Source: Candidatus Micrarchaeia archaeon (GTDB taxonomy: Archaea > Micrarchaeota > Micrarchaeia > Micrarchaeales > Micrarchaeaceae). Taken from it: DNA of 42,515 bases. Positions 1 to 9,984 of this stretch are shown in pieces (positions within the stretch are counted from its first letter, which is position 1; the number at the start of each line of letters is the position of its first letter). Below the pieces are notes generated by a model that made no database searches, was not told the origin of the DNA, and saw only the letters and a program-made list of their open reading frames with translations. A program made the position numbers and the translations under genes. The stretch is taken from positions 1 through 42,515 of the forward strand of contig JBMFWY010000007.1 of NCBI GenBank assembly GCA_049964795.1, read 5' to 3'.

Positions 1-72
1 GTTCTGAGCCCAGAAAAAAAGCGCCTTGTCTTTGACGAATTAAGCAAAAGGCTTGGAGGACTTAAAATGTAG
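1..72 (+). CDS. 3' end of an unidentified CDS entering the window
   Basis: Frame 1 reads VLSPEKKRLVFDELSKRLGGLKM* to TAG at 70-72; too short to assign a product. Confidence 0.45.
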   Translation, partial: VLSPEKKRLVFDELSKRLGGLKM

Positions 73-241
73 CAGATGCAGTTGAATAATGGTGTTTGTA
101 CAACGTACTCAATCGCTGACGTCCGCAGAGTCCATAATGCTCGACCTTAAACACTTACTGGGTTTTGCTTCAATTAATAACAAGCCCGTAAGCTGAAATC
201 CACTACGCTTTTGATCCGGACTTTCAAAGGAAATGAAGTTT

Positions 242-1150
242 TTACGGCAAAGTGTAATTGGACCACCAATTGTTTGTATAAACTACGTTTGTAGGCACGC
301 CATTGTTGCCGTTGCCAGAGTAGTCTTTCGCGTTGCCGTTGAGAGGCCACCATGCAACAAGGTTTTGCAAATCGACAGGGGCGCCTCCAATGCCTTCTCT
401 ATATAGTGATTGTATTTCATTTGCAGAAAGTGCGGCATTGTAAATCTGTACATTTGCTATACTGCCATTGAACCATTCAGCGTCGCCGTAACCTGTATAG
501 CCTGGAGATATGGCGCCTATGCTTACAACAGAATTGGAATATGTAAGCTTGCCACTTACAGAGCTATTACCTATTTCTTGGCCGTCTGCAAACCATTGTT
601 TTATGCTGTTTCCTGTGGTAGAGTTATATGCTATGTTCACTCCAACAAAAATCCATTTTTTGAAAGTTGCATTAGGTATTGCATAGCCTGGCCCTATCCA
701 GTTATTTATAGTATCCCATTCCAAGCAGAAACCTTCAAAGTTGCTTGGATAGCATGAATGTGGCTGATTGTTATAGTCTATCTTAACCCCATATTGGTTC
801 TCCTTGTCAATTACGTCATGGTAAGGGCTGCCTGTTATATATATCCAAGCTGTTATTGTAAGATTCTGCTGTATGTTAAGCGGGCTTGATGTATTGTTAG
901 AGCCAGGAACCTCTATGTAATCTCCAACTCCTCCAGAGCGAAAGACATACTGCGGAAGTTCACCCGTGCATTCCCATTCAAGGTTTATAAATGAGGTAGT
1001 CCCTATGCCACCCGGCCTTAAAACTTGGCATGCACCTGGAGGCGTCCTAGGAGCAAAATTCATTGAATTGAAGAATCCAATTTGGAAAAGTACTCCCAGC
1101 ACAACAGCAATAATCAGTATTGCCCAGCCGTAGGTCATTAAGTATTCCAT
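242..1150 (-). CDS. Type IV pilin-like (class III signal peptide) LamG/concanavalin A-like surface protein
   Basis: In-frame upstream codons give RKAQ-SAMEYLMTYGWAILIIAVVLGVL; LamG motifs TITAWI, FNGSIANVQIYN, WWPLNGNAKDYSGNGNNG; true start is ambiguous (see findings). Confidence 0.85.
   Translation of the reverse strand: MEYLMTYGWAILIIAVVLGVLFQIGFFNSMNFAPRTPPGACQVLRPGGIGTTSFINLEWECTGELPQYVFRSGGVGDYIEVPGSNNTSSPLNIQQNLTITAWIYITGSPYHDVIDKENQYGVKIDYNNQPHSCYPSNFEGFCLEWDTINNWIGPGYAIPNATFKKWIFVGVNIAYNSTTGNSIKQWFADGQEIGNSSVSGKLTYSNSVVSIGAISPGYTGYGDAEWFNGSIANVQIYNAALSANEIQSLYREGIGGAPVDLQNLVAWWPLNGNAKDYSGNGNNGVPTNVVYTNNWWSNYTLP
300..352 (-). repeat. Diverged copy (4 mismatches in 53 nt) of the LamG DNA box found at 36856 and 37873
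   Basis: Reverse complement TGGTGGCCTCTCAACGGCAACGCGAAaGACTACTCtGGCAAcGGcAACAATGG aligned by eye. Confidence 0.9.
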
Positions 1151-1446
1151 TGCGCTTTGCGCTTTACGATGCTCAATACCCCATCACTACAACATATAAT
1201 ATCAAGTGATAACTAAAGCATAAAAATACTTAATATTTGGTACTTAAGCGCATATCCCTTCCAAATTTGCAAGGAAGCAAGCAAAATATGTGTATAATAG
1301 TAAAAATTAATGCAGCAGGCAGGAATGGCTAGAATACCTCTAGAGCGCTATCCTAATAAAATTTGAAAGCCCCCTGCTCATGTTGCTTGCATACTTAGCC
1401 GTTTAAAGGCAACAATAATGAAAAATAAAGAAAAAGCACCTGATAT

Positions 1447-1689
1447 TTATGCGTCCTCTACAGTAAAGGGCGCACTATTATCTTTTTCATCCCTCTTATA
1501 TTTTTCTACTAGCTTCATTATCCTTTCTCTTTCCTTTTCGGCATCCTCTCTCATTTCTTCTATTTCTTTCTCTGTATACCTTAGATAGTGGCGATTTCTG
1601 CCTAAAGAAGTCTCCTCTAAATCTTTTACTATCTCCTTTCCTATATCATCCTGCTTTGGTCTAACCTTCATCATTTCAGTGCTAGTCAT
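1447..1689 (-). CDS. Small, highly charged hypothetical protein
   Basis: 80-aa E/K/R-rich helical ORF with ATG start in AT-rich DNA; no recognisable motif. Confidence 0.55.
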   Translation of the reverse strand: MTSTEMMKVRPKQDDIGKEIVKDLEETSLGRNRHYLRYTEKEIEEMREDAEKERERIMKLVEKYKRDEKDNSAPFTVEDA

Positions 1690-1896
1690 TTTAATCGTAG
1701 ACTATACTGTTCTTCCTGTTATTTATATATCTCATTCAGTATTCGTTGATTGCCGTTTATCTATTATTCCTATTACTCCTTTCTTGCAAGTTTTTAGGGC
1801 AAAGGCAAGGAATAACTACGCAAAAGATCGATGTGTTTTACGAATAGCTCTTCTTATCCGTTTGGCGCAATGAGGAGCCAGCGCGCCAAGCACAAA

Positions 1897-3171
1897 TCAT
1901 CTTCCGGAATAGCTGAAATCGTTTCTGTATGTCCTGCGCCTTTCTCTCCTATATCCATTGCGTTCGTAGTGCCTGTCGTTGTACGGTCTTCCATGACCGC
2001 GGCTTCTTGCGTCATCTCTATAGTCTCTGCTATAGTGCATGTGTGGCACAAGCTTTGCAAACTCGCGCGTGTCCAGCTCTAACCTTTCCATGCGTATATT
2101 AGCCAAGTTTTTGATCTGCGTAATCAGGTCCCGCTGTTCTTCACTTATTATAGTAAATGATCTTCCGTCTGCGTTCATCCTTGCGGACCTTCCGGACCTG
2201 TGCACATAAAGGTTTGGGTCTTCAGGAACGTCAAAGTTTATTATGTCAGAGATACCGCTTATGTCAAGCCCTCTTGCAGCAACATTTGTAGCTATAAGAA
2301 ACTTAGCGCCTTTTCTGAATTCGCCCAGCGATCGCTCCCTTTTGGCTTGTGTCAACCCGCCATGCATAAGTATTGCGTCAAATCCCTGGTCCTTCATAAA
2401 GTTGTAGATTATGTCTGCCATATGCTTCGTCCTGGCAAATACTATCGCTTTGCTAGGGTTGTACTTTTTGATATATGCCAAGAGAGTTGCAAACTTTGAC
2501 CTATGGTCTGCAACAGCATAAAAATGGCTTATTGTATTAACCACAAGATCCTCTTCTTTTCCTATCACTATCCTTACCGGGTCGCGCATATGCCTTTTTG
2601 CTATGCCTACTATTGCATCCGGCATCGTAGCTGAAAGCAGGAGCGTTTGCTTGTTGTTTGGTGTAAGGGAAAGAATTCTTTCTATGTCATCTATGAATCC
2701 CATGTCAAACATCATGTCTGCCTCGTCAAGCACCATAAACTGTATATTGCCAAGATCCAACGCGCCCCTCTCTACTAAATCAAGTACTCTGCCCGGAGTG
2801 CCTACAACTATTGCTGGCCTTCTACGCAACTCCTGCATTTGAACATTTATCGAAGCCCCTCCATACACAACTACCATGCCATTGCCCTTGGCATTTACCT
2901 TCCTCGCCATTGTGGCTATTTGCAGTGCCAATTCCCTTGTAGGGGCGAGCACAAGCGCGCGTGGATGCTCCGAAGCACTCACTCTTTCCAATATGGGCAA
3001 CATGAAAGCATAGGTCTTGCCTGTTCCTGTTTTAGACCTTACTATCAGGTCCTTTCCTTGAAGCGCTATGGGTATTGTTTTTTCCTGTACTTCTGTAGGT
3101 GTTTCAAATCCATTTCTATGCAATAATTCAACGATTCTTGCGTCTAATCCTAATTCTGAAAATGTTACCAT
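1897..3171 (-). CDS. DEAD-box RNA helicase (CshA/DeaD-like)
   Basis: Q motif (PTEVQ), GTGKT, PTRELA, TPGR, DEAD, SAT, ARGLD, HRSGRSAR; Arg/Tyr-rich C-terminal tail; start taken at ATG 3171 (ORF extends to TTG 3186). Confidence 0.95.
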   Translation of the reverse strand: MVTFSELGLDARIVELLHRNGFETPTEVQEKTIPIALQGKDLIVRSKTGTGKTYAFMLPILERVSASEHPRALVLAPTRELALQIATMARKVNAKGNGMVVVYGGASINVQMQELRRRPAIVVGTPGRVLDLVERGALDLGNIQFMVLDEADMMFDMGFIDDIERILSLTPNNKQTLLLSATMPDAIVGIAKRHMRDPVRIVIGKEEDLVVNTISHFYAVADHRSKFATLLAYIKKYNPSKAIVFARTKHMADIIYNFMKDQGFDAILMHGGLTQAKRERSLGEFRKGAKFLIATNVAARGLDISGISDIINFDVPEDPNLYVHRSGRSARMNADGRSFTIISEEQRDLITQIKNLANIRMERLELDTREFAKLVPHMHYSRDYRDDARSRGHGRPYNDRHYERNGYRRERRRTYRNDFSYSGR

Positions 3172-3432
3172 TCCATTACCTTTCAAGCAAAATTAGTAGT
3201 TCTAACAAACAATACACATCCAAAATCTCATCACAATTAGGTTTCAAACCTGTATTGACTACCGCATCTGCTTTGTTAATAAAGGCATGTAATACATATT
3301 TATAACCTGCGTTTTGTCAAAATGGCGCCTTGTGCTATCGATTCTGTCTCTTTGCAGCATTTTATTTTTGTTACCCTTTTATCTTGTAAACATTTATTAA
3401 CTTGCACAGGGATAAAAGCAATCGGTGCTTGC

Positions 3433-4527
3433 ATGTTAGACAAGGTGTTCAAAGGAGAAATAGACTTCCTTCAAATCCTCGACGAAAATGGAAAAGTTGA
3501 CGAATCGCAGTTTCCTGCTTACCTAACAGAAGATCTTGCGGTTCAAATGTACAAATACATGAGTTTTGCAAGAACTTTAGATGCAAAGACTCTTAGCTTG
3601 CAGAGGCAGGGGCGCGCAGTAACCTATGCACCTCTTGTAGGAGAGGAAGCAACTCAGATAGGCAGCGCATTGGCCATGCGAAAAGATGACATTTTTGTTC
3701 CCAATTTCAGGCAGCATGGGGTTTACCTTGCGAGGGGGTTACCTCTTGAGCTATACTTCATATATTGGCGCGGGTTTGAAGAAGGTGGTGCCATACCTCC
3801 AGAGGTGAAAGGTTTGCCTGTAATAGTTCCTGTCGCTTCGCAGGTGCCGCATGCAGCTGGAATGGCGTTTGCGCAGAAATACAAGGGCACAGGCAATGCT
3901 GTAATAACCTACGTCGGCGATGGCGGGACTTCTGAAGGCGATTTTTATGAAGCCTTGAACTTTGCAGGAGTATTCAAGGTTCCTCTTGTTACAATAATAG
4001 AGAATAACCAGTGGGCGATTTCCGTGCCTAGGAAAAAGCAGACGGCTGCGGAAACTCTAGCACAGAAAGCGTTTGCCGCCGGAATCAAGAGCATACAGGT
4101 TGACGGCAATGACGTGTTTGCCGTATACAAGGCAGTAAAAGACGCGATAAGCTTTTCAACAGAAGGGCCTACTTTGATAGAATGTGTTACGTACAGGATG
4201 AGCATGCATACAACAGCGGATGACCCTACAAAGTACAGGCCCGATGCGGAAGTAGAAGCATGGAAGAAAAAGGACCCTATCGAAAGGCTTGGAAAGTACC
4301 TTCTTTCAAAAGGGCTTTGGGATGATTCAAAGGAGAAAGCGATGCAGGCTGAGCAGGTGGCAGCAATAGACGACGCAATAAAAAAGGCCGAAGCTTTTAA
4401 AGGCGACCCTGCAAGCATGTTCAAGAACGTTTACAGTTTCATGCCTGAAATGCTGCAGGAAGAGCTTGACGAGGCAGAGCAGAACAATTTCTGGCAGGAG
4501 AATGCTGAAGGTGCTGAAAAAGCGTAG
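3433..4527 (+). CDS. pdhA: Pyruvate/2-oxoacid dehydrogenase E1 alpha
   Basis: TPP motif GDGGTSEGDFYE...NN and YRMSMHTTADDP; GGTG RBS before ATG 3433; substrate (pyruvate vs branched-chain) not resolvable by eye. Confidence 0.92.
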   Translation: MLDKVFKGEIDFLQILDENGKVDESQFPAYLTEDLAVQMYKYMSFARTLDAKTLSLQRQGRAVTYAPLVGEEATQIGSALAMRKDDIFVPNFRQHGVYLARGLPLELYFIYWRGFEEGGAIPPEVKGLPVIVPVASQVPHAAGMAFAQKYKGTGNAVITYVGDGGTSEGDFYEALNFAGVFKVPLVTIIENNQWAISVPRKKQTAAETLAQKAFAAGIKSIQVDGNDVFAVYKAVKDAISFSTEGPTLIECVTYRMSMHTTADDPTKYRPDAEVEAWKKKDPIERLGKYLLSKGLWDDSKEKAMQAEQVAAIDDAIKKAEAFKGDPASMFKNVYSFMPEMLQEELDEAEQNNFWQENAEGAEKA

Positions 4528-4544
4528 TTGATGTAGGTGGTGTT

Positions 4545-5510
4545 ATGCAAATGAATATGGTAAGCGCAATAAACAATGCACTTGAGCTGATAATGAAGGA
4601 AAACAGCGATGTTGTGCTGCTCGGCGAAGATATAGGTAAAGACGGTGGTGTGTTCAGGGTTACTGATGGTTTGCTATCGAAGTTCGGTGAGAAAAGAGTA
4701 ATTGATACGCCCCTCGCAGAGTCCTCCATAATAGGAACTGCAATAGGTATGGCAGTAGCTGGCATGCATCCAATACCAGAAATACAGTTTGCAGGTTTCA
4801 TGTATGAGGCATTTGCCCAGCTAATAAACCATGCTTCAAGGTATAGAAGCAGATCCCGCTCCAGGTTTACTGTGCCCATGGTTGTGAGGGTTCCTGTGAG
4901 CGGCGGCGTGAGGACATTGGAGCACCATTCGGAAAGCCCCGAAGCATTTTATTCCCATGTAGGAGGCCTTATAGTAGTTGAGCCTTCTGGGCCTTACGAT
5001 GCAAAAGGCCTTCTTATAAAAGCATCAAGGATGCAGGATCCCGTGCTATTCTTGGAACCCACAAAACTTTACAGGCTTTTCAAGCAGGATGTGCCTGAAG
5101 ATTCTTACGAGCTTGAAATAGGCAAGGCAAATGTTGTGAGCGAAGGAGACAGCCTTACAATAATAACCTATGGCACTATGCTACCTTTGGTGAAAAGCGT
5201 TGTCGAAAAGAAAGGCGTAGCTGCGCAGATAGTAGACCTTCGCACCATAAATCCGCTCGATGAAAAAACAATAATCGAAAGCGTAAAGAAAACAGGCAAG
5301 GCAATGATAGTGCACGAGGCTCCATTCAGCTTCGGCGTAGGTGCAGAAATCGCCGCGCGCATAGCCGAAAAGGCAATATATGATCTTGACGCTCCAGTTC
5401 TTCGCGTTGCTTCAAACAGCTTCCCATACCCATTTCCGGGATATGAGCAGTACTACATACCAAACGAGGTAAAGGTTTCGAAAGCAATAGATAAGCTTCT
5501 CTCTTCGTGA
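4545..5510 (+). CDS. pdhB: Pyruvate/2-oxoacid dehydrogenase E1 beta
   Basis: GEDIG..GGVFRVT, DTPLAE, EIQF, EHHSESPE motifs; operon position. Confidence 0.93.
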   Translation: MQMNMVSAINNALELIMKENSDVVLLGEDIGKDGGVFRVTDGLLSKFGEKRVIDTPLAESSIIGTAIGMAVAGMHPIPEIQFAGFMYEAFAQLINHASRYRSRSRSRFTVPMVVRVPVSGGVRTLEHHSESPEAFYSHVGGLIVVEPSGPYDAKGLLIKASRMQDPVLFLEPTKLYRLFKQDVPEDSYELEIGKANVVSEGDSLTIITYGTMLPLVKSVVEKKGVAAQIVDLRTINPLDEKTIIESVKKTGKAMIVHEAPFSFGVGAEIAARIAEKAIYDLDAPVLRVASNSFPYPFPGYEQYYIPNEVKVSKAIDKLLSS

Positions 5511-5514
5511 TTCT

Positions 5515-6810
5515 GTGAAAGAAATAAAATTTGTTGATGTAGGAGAAGGAATAACAGAGGGCCACTTGCAGAAGTGGCTTGTAAATGACGGCGACACTGT
5601 AAAAGAGGACCAGTCGCTTGCACAGGTTGAAACCGACAAGGCTGTCGTAAATGTGCCTGCCCCAACAGCAGGGAAAATTCGGATAATGATCAAGGAAGGA
5701 AGCGATTTGCACCTTGGTGATCTGCTCGCATATATTGGCACGGATCAGGAGCTAAACGCTATATCTGCACAAGCCAAGCCTTCTTCAGTTGCAGCAGTTC
5801 AGCAAGCGCAACAAGCGAAGCCTGCGCAAATAGCTTCAAGCAAACCTTCTGCTCCAATTCCGCCATCGACACCGCCTTCCTCTGAGGCCGAGATTATTGC
5901 TACGCCTTCTGTGCGAAAGCTAGCCGAGCAACTCGGGGTAAGTCTCGCTCACGTGCACGGCAGTGGTCCGCACGGCAGGATACTCGAAAGCGATGTGCAC
6001 GCCGCAGCTTCTGGCGTTTCAAAAGCGGCTACCTCATCAATAGCCAGGACCTCTACGCACGAGGCGCCCCCTTCTCCTTCCAAGCCTGCAGAAGAAAAGC
6101 ACGCGGGAGAAATAGAGCGCGTTCCATTGTCCCAAACAAGGAAAGCGATAGCGCGCAACATGGAGCTTTCCTGGACAATACCTCGCGCTACGCATATGGA
6201 CATAATAAATGCAACCTCCTTGTTCAATATAGTGGAAAAGGAGAAGAAAAACGCGGAGGCTTCATTTGGAGTCAAGGTAACTTTCCTGCCTTTCATAATA
6301 AAGGCAGTGGTGGAAGCGCTTAAAGAAAACCCGCATTTCAATGCAAGTTACGACAAAGATAATCTAGAAATTCTTGTTAAAAAATATTACAATATAGGGC
6401 TTGCGGCTGAAGCTCCAGACGGCCTTAAGGTTGTAGTGGTAAGAAATGCGGACAAGAAAAGCATAATCGAGCTTGCCAAGGAGATAGAAGAGCTGAGCAA
6501 GAAAGTGAGAGACCAGACAATAAGCCTAGACGAGATGAAAGACAGCAGTTTCACCATAACAAATATAGGTAGCCTTGGAGGAGGATTCCTTTCTGTGCCT
6601 GTTATAAACTATCCAGATGTTGCAATATTAGGCATACACATGATAAGGGACTTTCCTGTAGTCTCTGACGGAATGGTAAAAGTCGGCAAGATCCTGCCCT
6701 TTTCATTGGTATTTGACCATAGGGTCGTGGATGGCGCCGAAGCAGTAAAATTTGGCAATGCGCTGATAAAATATCTTGAAGATCCAGATTTCCTTGAAAT
6801 GCTTGATTGA
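5515..6810 (+). CDS. pdhC: Dihydrolipoamide acyltransferase E2
   Basis: Single lipoyl domain (ETDKA), Ala/Pro/Ser linker, E3-binding domain (ATPSVRKLA...GSGPHGRI), catalytic DHRVVDG. Confidence 0.95.
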   Translation: MKEIKFVDVGEGITEGHLQKWLVNDGDTVKEDQSLAQVETDKAVVNVPAPTAGKIRIMIKEGSDLHLGDLLAYIGTDQELNAISAQAKPSSVAAVQQAQQAKPAQIASSKPSAPIPPSTPPSSEAEIIATPSVRKLAEQLGVSLAHVHGSGPHGRILESDVHAAASGVSKAATSSIARTSTHEAPPSPSKPAEEKHAGEIERVPLSQTRKAIARNMELSWTIPRATHMDIINATSLFNIVEKEKKNAEASFGVKVTFLPFIIKAVVEALKENPHFNASYDKDNLEILVKKYYNIGLAAEAPDGLKVVVVRNADKKSIIELAKEIEELSKKVRDQTISLDEMKDSSFTITNIGSLGGGFLSVPVINYPDVAILGIHMIRDFPVVSDGMVKVGKILPFSLVFDHRVVDGAEAVKFGNALIKYLEDPDFLEMLD

Positions 6811-6875
6811 ATAAATATTAATCAGAGCATCGGTTAGAGGTTTTAGCAGAGGCTTGCAATTGTGCAAGCAAAGGT

Positions 6876-8252
6876 GTGACTATGGTAATGGGTTCGCTTC
6901 CAGAGGATGTCGATATTGCAATCATAGGTGCAGGGGTTGGTGGCTACGTCGCCGCGATACGCGCCGCGGAGCTGGGCGCAAGCGTCGCACTAGTAGAAAA
7001 AGAGAAACTGGGCGGCCATTGCCTCAATTACGCATGTATCCCCTCAAAGACATTAATTAACATAGCTGATACCTTTTACGCGGCATCGCACTCGCAGAAA
7101 TTTGGCATAAATTCCGATAATGTCTCTATAGACGCGAAGAAGATGTATGAATGGAGAATTCAAGCTTCGAAGAAGCTGGAAGATGGTGTCGGGTTTTTAT
7201 GCAACTCCAACGGCGTGGAAGTGATAAAGGGGGAAGCGACATTTATATCTTCAAATACGCTGCAGCTGACAAACGGGACTTCCCTAGACTTCAAATACGC
7301 AATTATTGCAACAGGTTCAGAGCCTGTCAATCTTAATGGATTTGAATTTGGAGAAAAGATAATAGATTACAAGAAGGCGTTGATGCTTGATTACATACCT
7401 GAAAGCATGGCTATAATAGGTGCGGGCTATGTTGCGGTAGAAATAGGTACTTTATACGCCAAACTGGGCAGCAAGGTTTCGATAATAGCGCGTTCCGACG
7501 TGCTTTCCCACTTTGACAGGGATGCAGTGAACATTGTAAAGAAAAGAATGCAAGAGCTTGGGATAAAAATATATACCGGTGCCGTGCCCATTTCGTATGA
7601 CGGCAAGTTCATGAAGCTTGGAGATAGCAGCCTTGTAGAGGCCTCGCTTGTCGTTGTTGCTATAGGGCTCAGGCCTTATACCTCCGGCCTCGGCCTTGAG
7701 AATACAAAGGTCGAGCTCAATGAAAAAGGATTTGTGAAAGTGGATAGCTCGCTCAGGACAACGGACCCAAATATCTATGCAGTAGGCGACGTTATAGGCG
7801 AGCCGATGCTTGCCCACAAAGCAATAAGGCAGGGTGTAGTAGTCGCGGAGGTGATAAAAGGCTTGAGGAAAAGTTATGACAATATTGTTGTGCCCGCTGT
7901 AATATTTTCCGATCCTGAAATAGCTATAGCCGGCAGCATAGAAGAAAAGGAAGGCATCACCGTGACAAAGTTTCCTCTCACTGCACTCGGAAGAAGTATA
8001 GCCCTTGGCACCACTAACGGGTTTGTCAAGATAGCCATTGACAGCAACTCAATTGTAAAAGGCGTGGAGATTGTTTCTGAGAGCGCTAACGCGATGATAG
8101 CCGAAGCGGCATTGGCCATTGAGATGGGCGCAACAGCAGAAGATATAGCGGCAACAATACATCCACATCCAACATACAGCGAGGCAGTGCAGGAAGCAGC
8201 CGAGGCGGCGATAGGGGCGCCAATCCACTTTTTTTACGGTAAAAAGCAGTGA
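6876..8252 (+). CDS. lpdA: Dihydrolipoamide dehydrogenase E3
   Basis: FAD GAGVGG, redox GGHCLNYACIPSK, C-terminal HPHPTYSE; alternative start ATG 6882; atypical pyridine-nucleotide fingerprint. Confidence 0.92.
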   Translation: MTMVMGSLPEDVDIAIIGAGVGGYVAAIRAAELGASVALVEKEKLGGHCLNYACIPSKTLINIADTFYAASHSQKFGINSDNVSIDAKKMYEWRIQASKKLEDGVGFLCNSNGVEVIKGEATFISSNTLQLTNGTSLDFKYAIIATGSEPVNLNGFEFGEKIIDYKKALMLDYIPESMAIIGAGYVAVEIGTLYAKLGSKVSIIARSDVLSHFDRDAVNIVKKRMQELGIKIYTGAVPISYDGKFMKLGDSSLVEASLVVVAIGLRPYTSGLGLENTKVELNEKGFVKVDSSLRTTDPNIYAVGDVIGEPMLAHKAIRQGVVVAEVIKGLRKSYDNIVVPAVIFSDPEIAIAGSIEEKEGITVTKFPLTALGRSIALGTTNGFVKIAIDSNSIVKGVEIVSESANAMIAEAALAIEMGATAEDIAATIHPHPTYSEAVQEAAEAAIGAPIHFFYGKKQ

Positions 8253-8256
8253 ATTA

Positions 8257-9012
8257 TTGATGGACATTGAAAGGGATTTTATCCCATCAAGCCAAGAAAC
8301 TTCAGAAGGCAATATATACTTTCTTCATCACGTGCCATTAAGCTCAACGCCTGTTAAAAATATTGTATTCCTGCACGGCGTGGGCGCAAATTCTCACGTA
8401 TGGAAAAAAGTTGTAGAGCTTATGCCGGAAAGCATCGGCGTAGATCTGCTAGACTTGCTAGGCCATGGCATGTCCGATGCCCCAAGGATAGATTATACAG
8501 TAGAGGTCCAAGCCAAGGCGCTGCGCGATTTCCTCTCAAGCCAAAAAGTTTTGGACGCGATCTTGGTTGGCCATTCCTATGGTGGTTGGATTTCCGCTTA
8601 CTACTCCTCAATTTTTCATGAGCTTGGCGGCATGCTTCTGGAGGATCCTGCAGGCATAAAGGAGCAGTTTGACGATATAATAAGCCAAGGCATGGTTTCA
8701 GAATACAAATCGCGCATGCTCAAGCAGCTCCTTAATATGAATGGAAACAAGGATTACGTAATGGAAAGCATACTCAATGAGGATTTCGCCGTAAAGTACC
8801 AGCTTTCAGAAGATACACTATCAAAAATAAGAACCAAATGTGCACTTGTATGGGGAGAAAATGATGAGCTTGTAAATCCAAAGTATGCAGAATACCTGCT
8901 CAAATGGATAAAGGGGAGCACGCTTGAGATAATAGAAGGCGCTGGCCATGCCTCCCACTATACGCACGCTCAACAATTTTATGAAGTGCTGAAGAAGCTG
9001 GCCGAAATATGA
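8257..9012 (+). CDS. Alpha/beta hydrolase
   Basis: FLHGVG, DLLGHG, nucleophile GHSYGG, WGENDE, AGH. Confidence 0.9.
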   Translation: MMDIERDFIPSSQETSEGNIYFLHHVPLSSTPVKNIVFLHGVGANSHVWKKVVELMPESIGVDLLDLLGHGMSDAPRIDYTVEVQAKALRDFLSSQKVLDAILVGHSYGGWISAYYSSIFHELGGMLLEDPAGIKEQFDDIISQGMVSEYKSRMLKQLLNMNGNKDYVMESILNEDFAVKYQLSEDTLSKIRTKCALVWGENDELVNPKYAEYLLKWIKGSTLEIIEGAGHASHYTHAQQFYEVLKKLAEI

Positions 9013-9135
9013 AGGGCAAAGCAAGATGAAAGGCCTGCCTCGCTCCACACAGGAAGCTATAAAAAAGTTAGGCGACATTTATCTGCACGTATAAATTGCA
9101 TTAAGTAAAAGTATATTACAAAAAGACGTGATCCT

Positions 9136-9867
9136 ATGCCTCAAACTCCTGCTACAATAGTCCAGAAACCTTACGTAATATCTGAGATAATCCACGAAAC
9201 CCCAGATGTCGACATATTCAGGTTCAAGGCCACAGATTCGACAAAACTCAATTTTGATCCAGGCATGTTCGTAATGATAACCTATTCCAATCCCGATACA
9301 AAAGAAAAGATTGCCAGGGCTTTTTCGATAGCTTCAGCCCCAAACAGCGAAACATTGGAGTTCTTTGTGCACATGGTGCACGGCAGGTTCACCTCGCATC
9401 TCGATACTGCAAAAATCGGTGATACTTATTACATGACCGGCCCTTACGGACAATTCAAGTTTATCCCCCAAGAAGACAAGAAAGTCCTTTTCATAGCGGG
9501 CGGCACAGGGCTCGCGCCCATGATGTCGATGCTTCGCTACATTCGCGATTTGCATTCCGATAATGATGTTGTGCTCATTTACAGTGTAAGGTATCCCAAT
9601 GAGATAATAAGGAAGCAGGAGCTTGGTGATTTGGAAAAAGAGATAAAGCTAAAGACCGTTGTCACTGTAACCAGGCCGCAGGAGGGAGACGGATGGAGTG
9701 GCGAAACAGGGCACATAAGCACTGATACAATAAAAAAGTACGCGCCCGATTTTGCGGAAAGGAAAGTTTACATCTGCGGGCCCCTGAATTTTACAAAGGC
9801 AATGCACGACGTCTGCACCGCTATAGGCATAAGCGAAGACAGGATAAAAGCGGATGTATGGGGCTGA
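9136..9867 (+). CDS. FNR-like FAD/NAD(P)-dependent oxidoreductase
   Basis: RAFSIAS, GPYGQF, IAGGTGLAPM, YICGP motifs. Confidence 0.9.
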   Translation: MPQTPATIVQKPYVISEIIHETPDVDIFRFKATDSTKLNFDPGMFVMITYSNPDTKEKIARAFSIASAPNSETLEFFVHMVHGRFTSHLDTAKIGDTYYMTGPYGQFKFIPQEDKKVLFIAGGTGLAPMMSMLRYIRDLHSDNDVVLIYSVRYPNEIIRKQELGDLEKEIKLKTVVTVTRPQEGDGWSGETGHISTDTIKKYAPDFAERKVYICGPLNFTKAMHDVCTAIGISEDRIKADVWG

Positions 9868-9984
9868 ACACTCGTCGCCTTATCTGACCTATTCAACGTC
9901 TTTTATTGCCAGCGCACATTGCAAGAAAAAGGCATTTGCCAAATTGGCTAATAGCATGTGCGAGAAGCAAAAGCAAAATCTGCG

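Noticed and set aside
3185-3260. Box C/D sRNA in the DEAD-box helicase leader (GTGATGA on the minus strand)
   Set aside because: No convincing D, D' or C' boxes or identifiable guide; only a short hairpin
6876-8252. Mercuric or glutathione reductase instead of E3
   Set aside because: No C-terminal Cys-Cys pair or metal-binding N-domain; CLNxxCIPSK, HPHPT and position after E1a-E1b-E2 indicate lipoamide dehydrogenase
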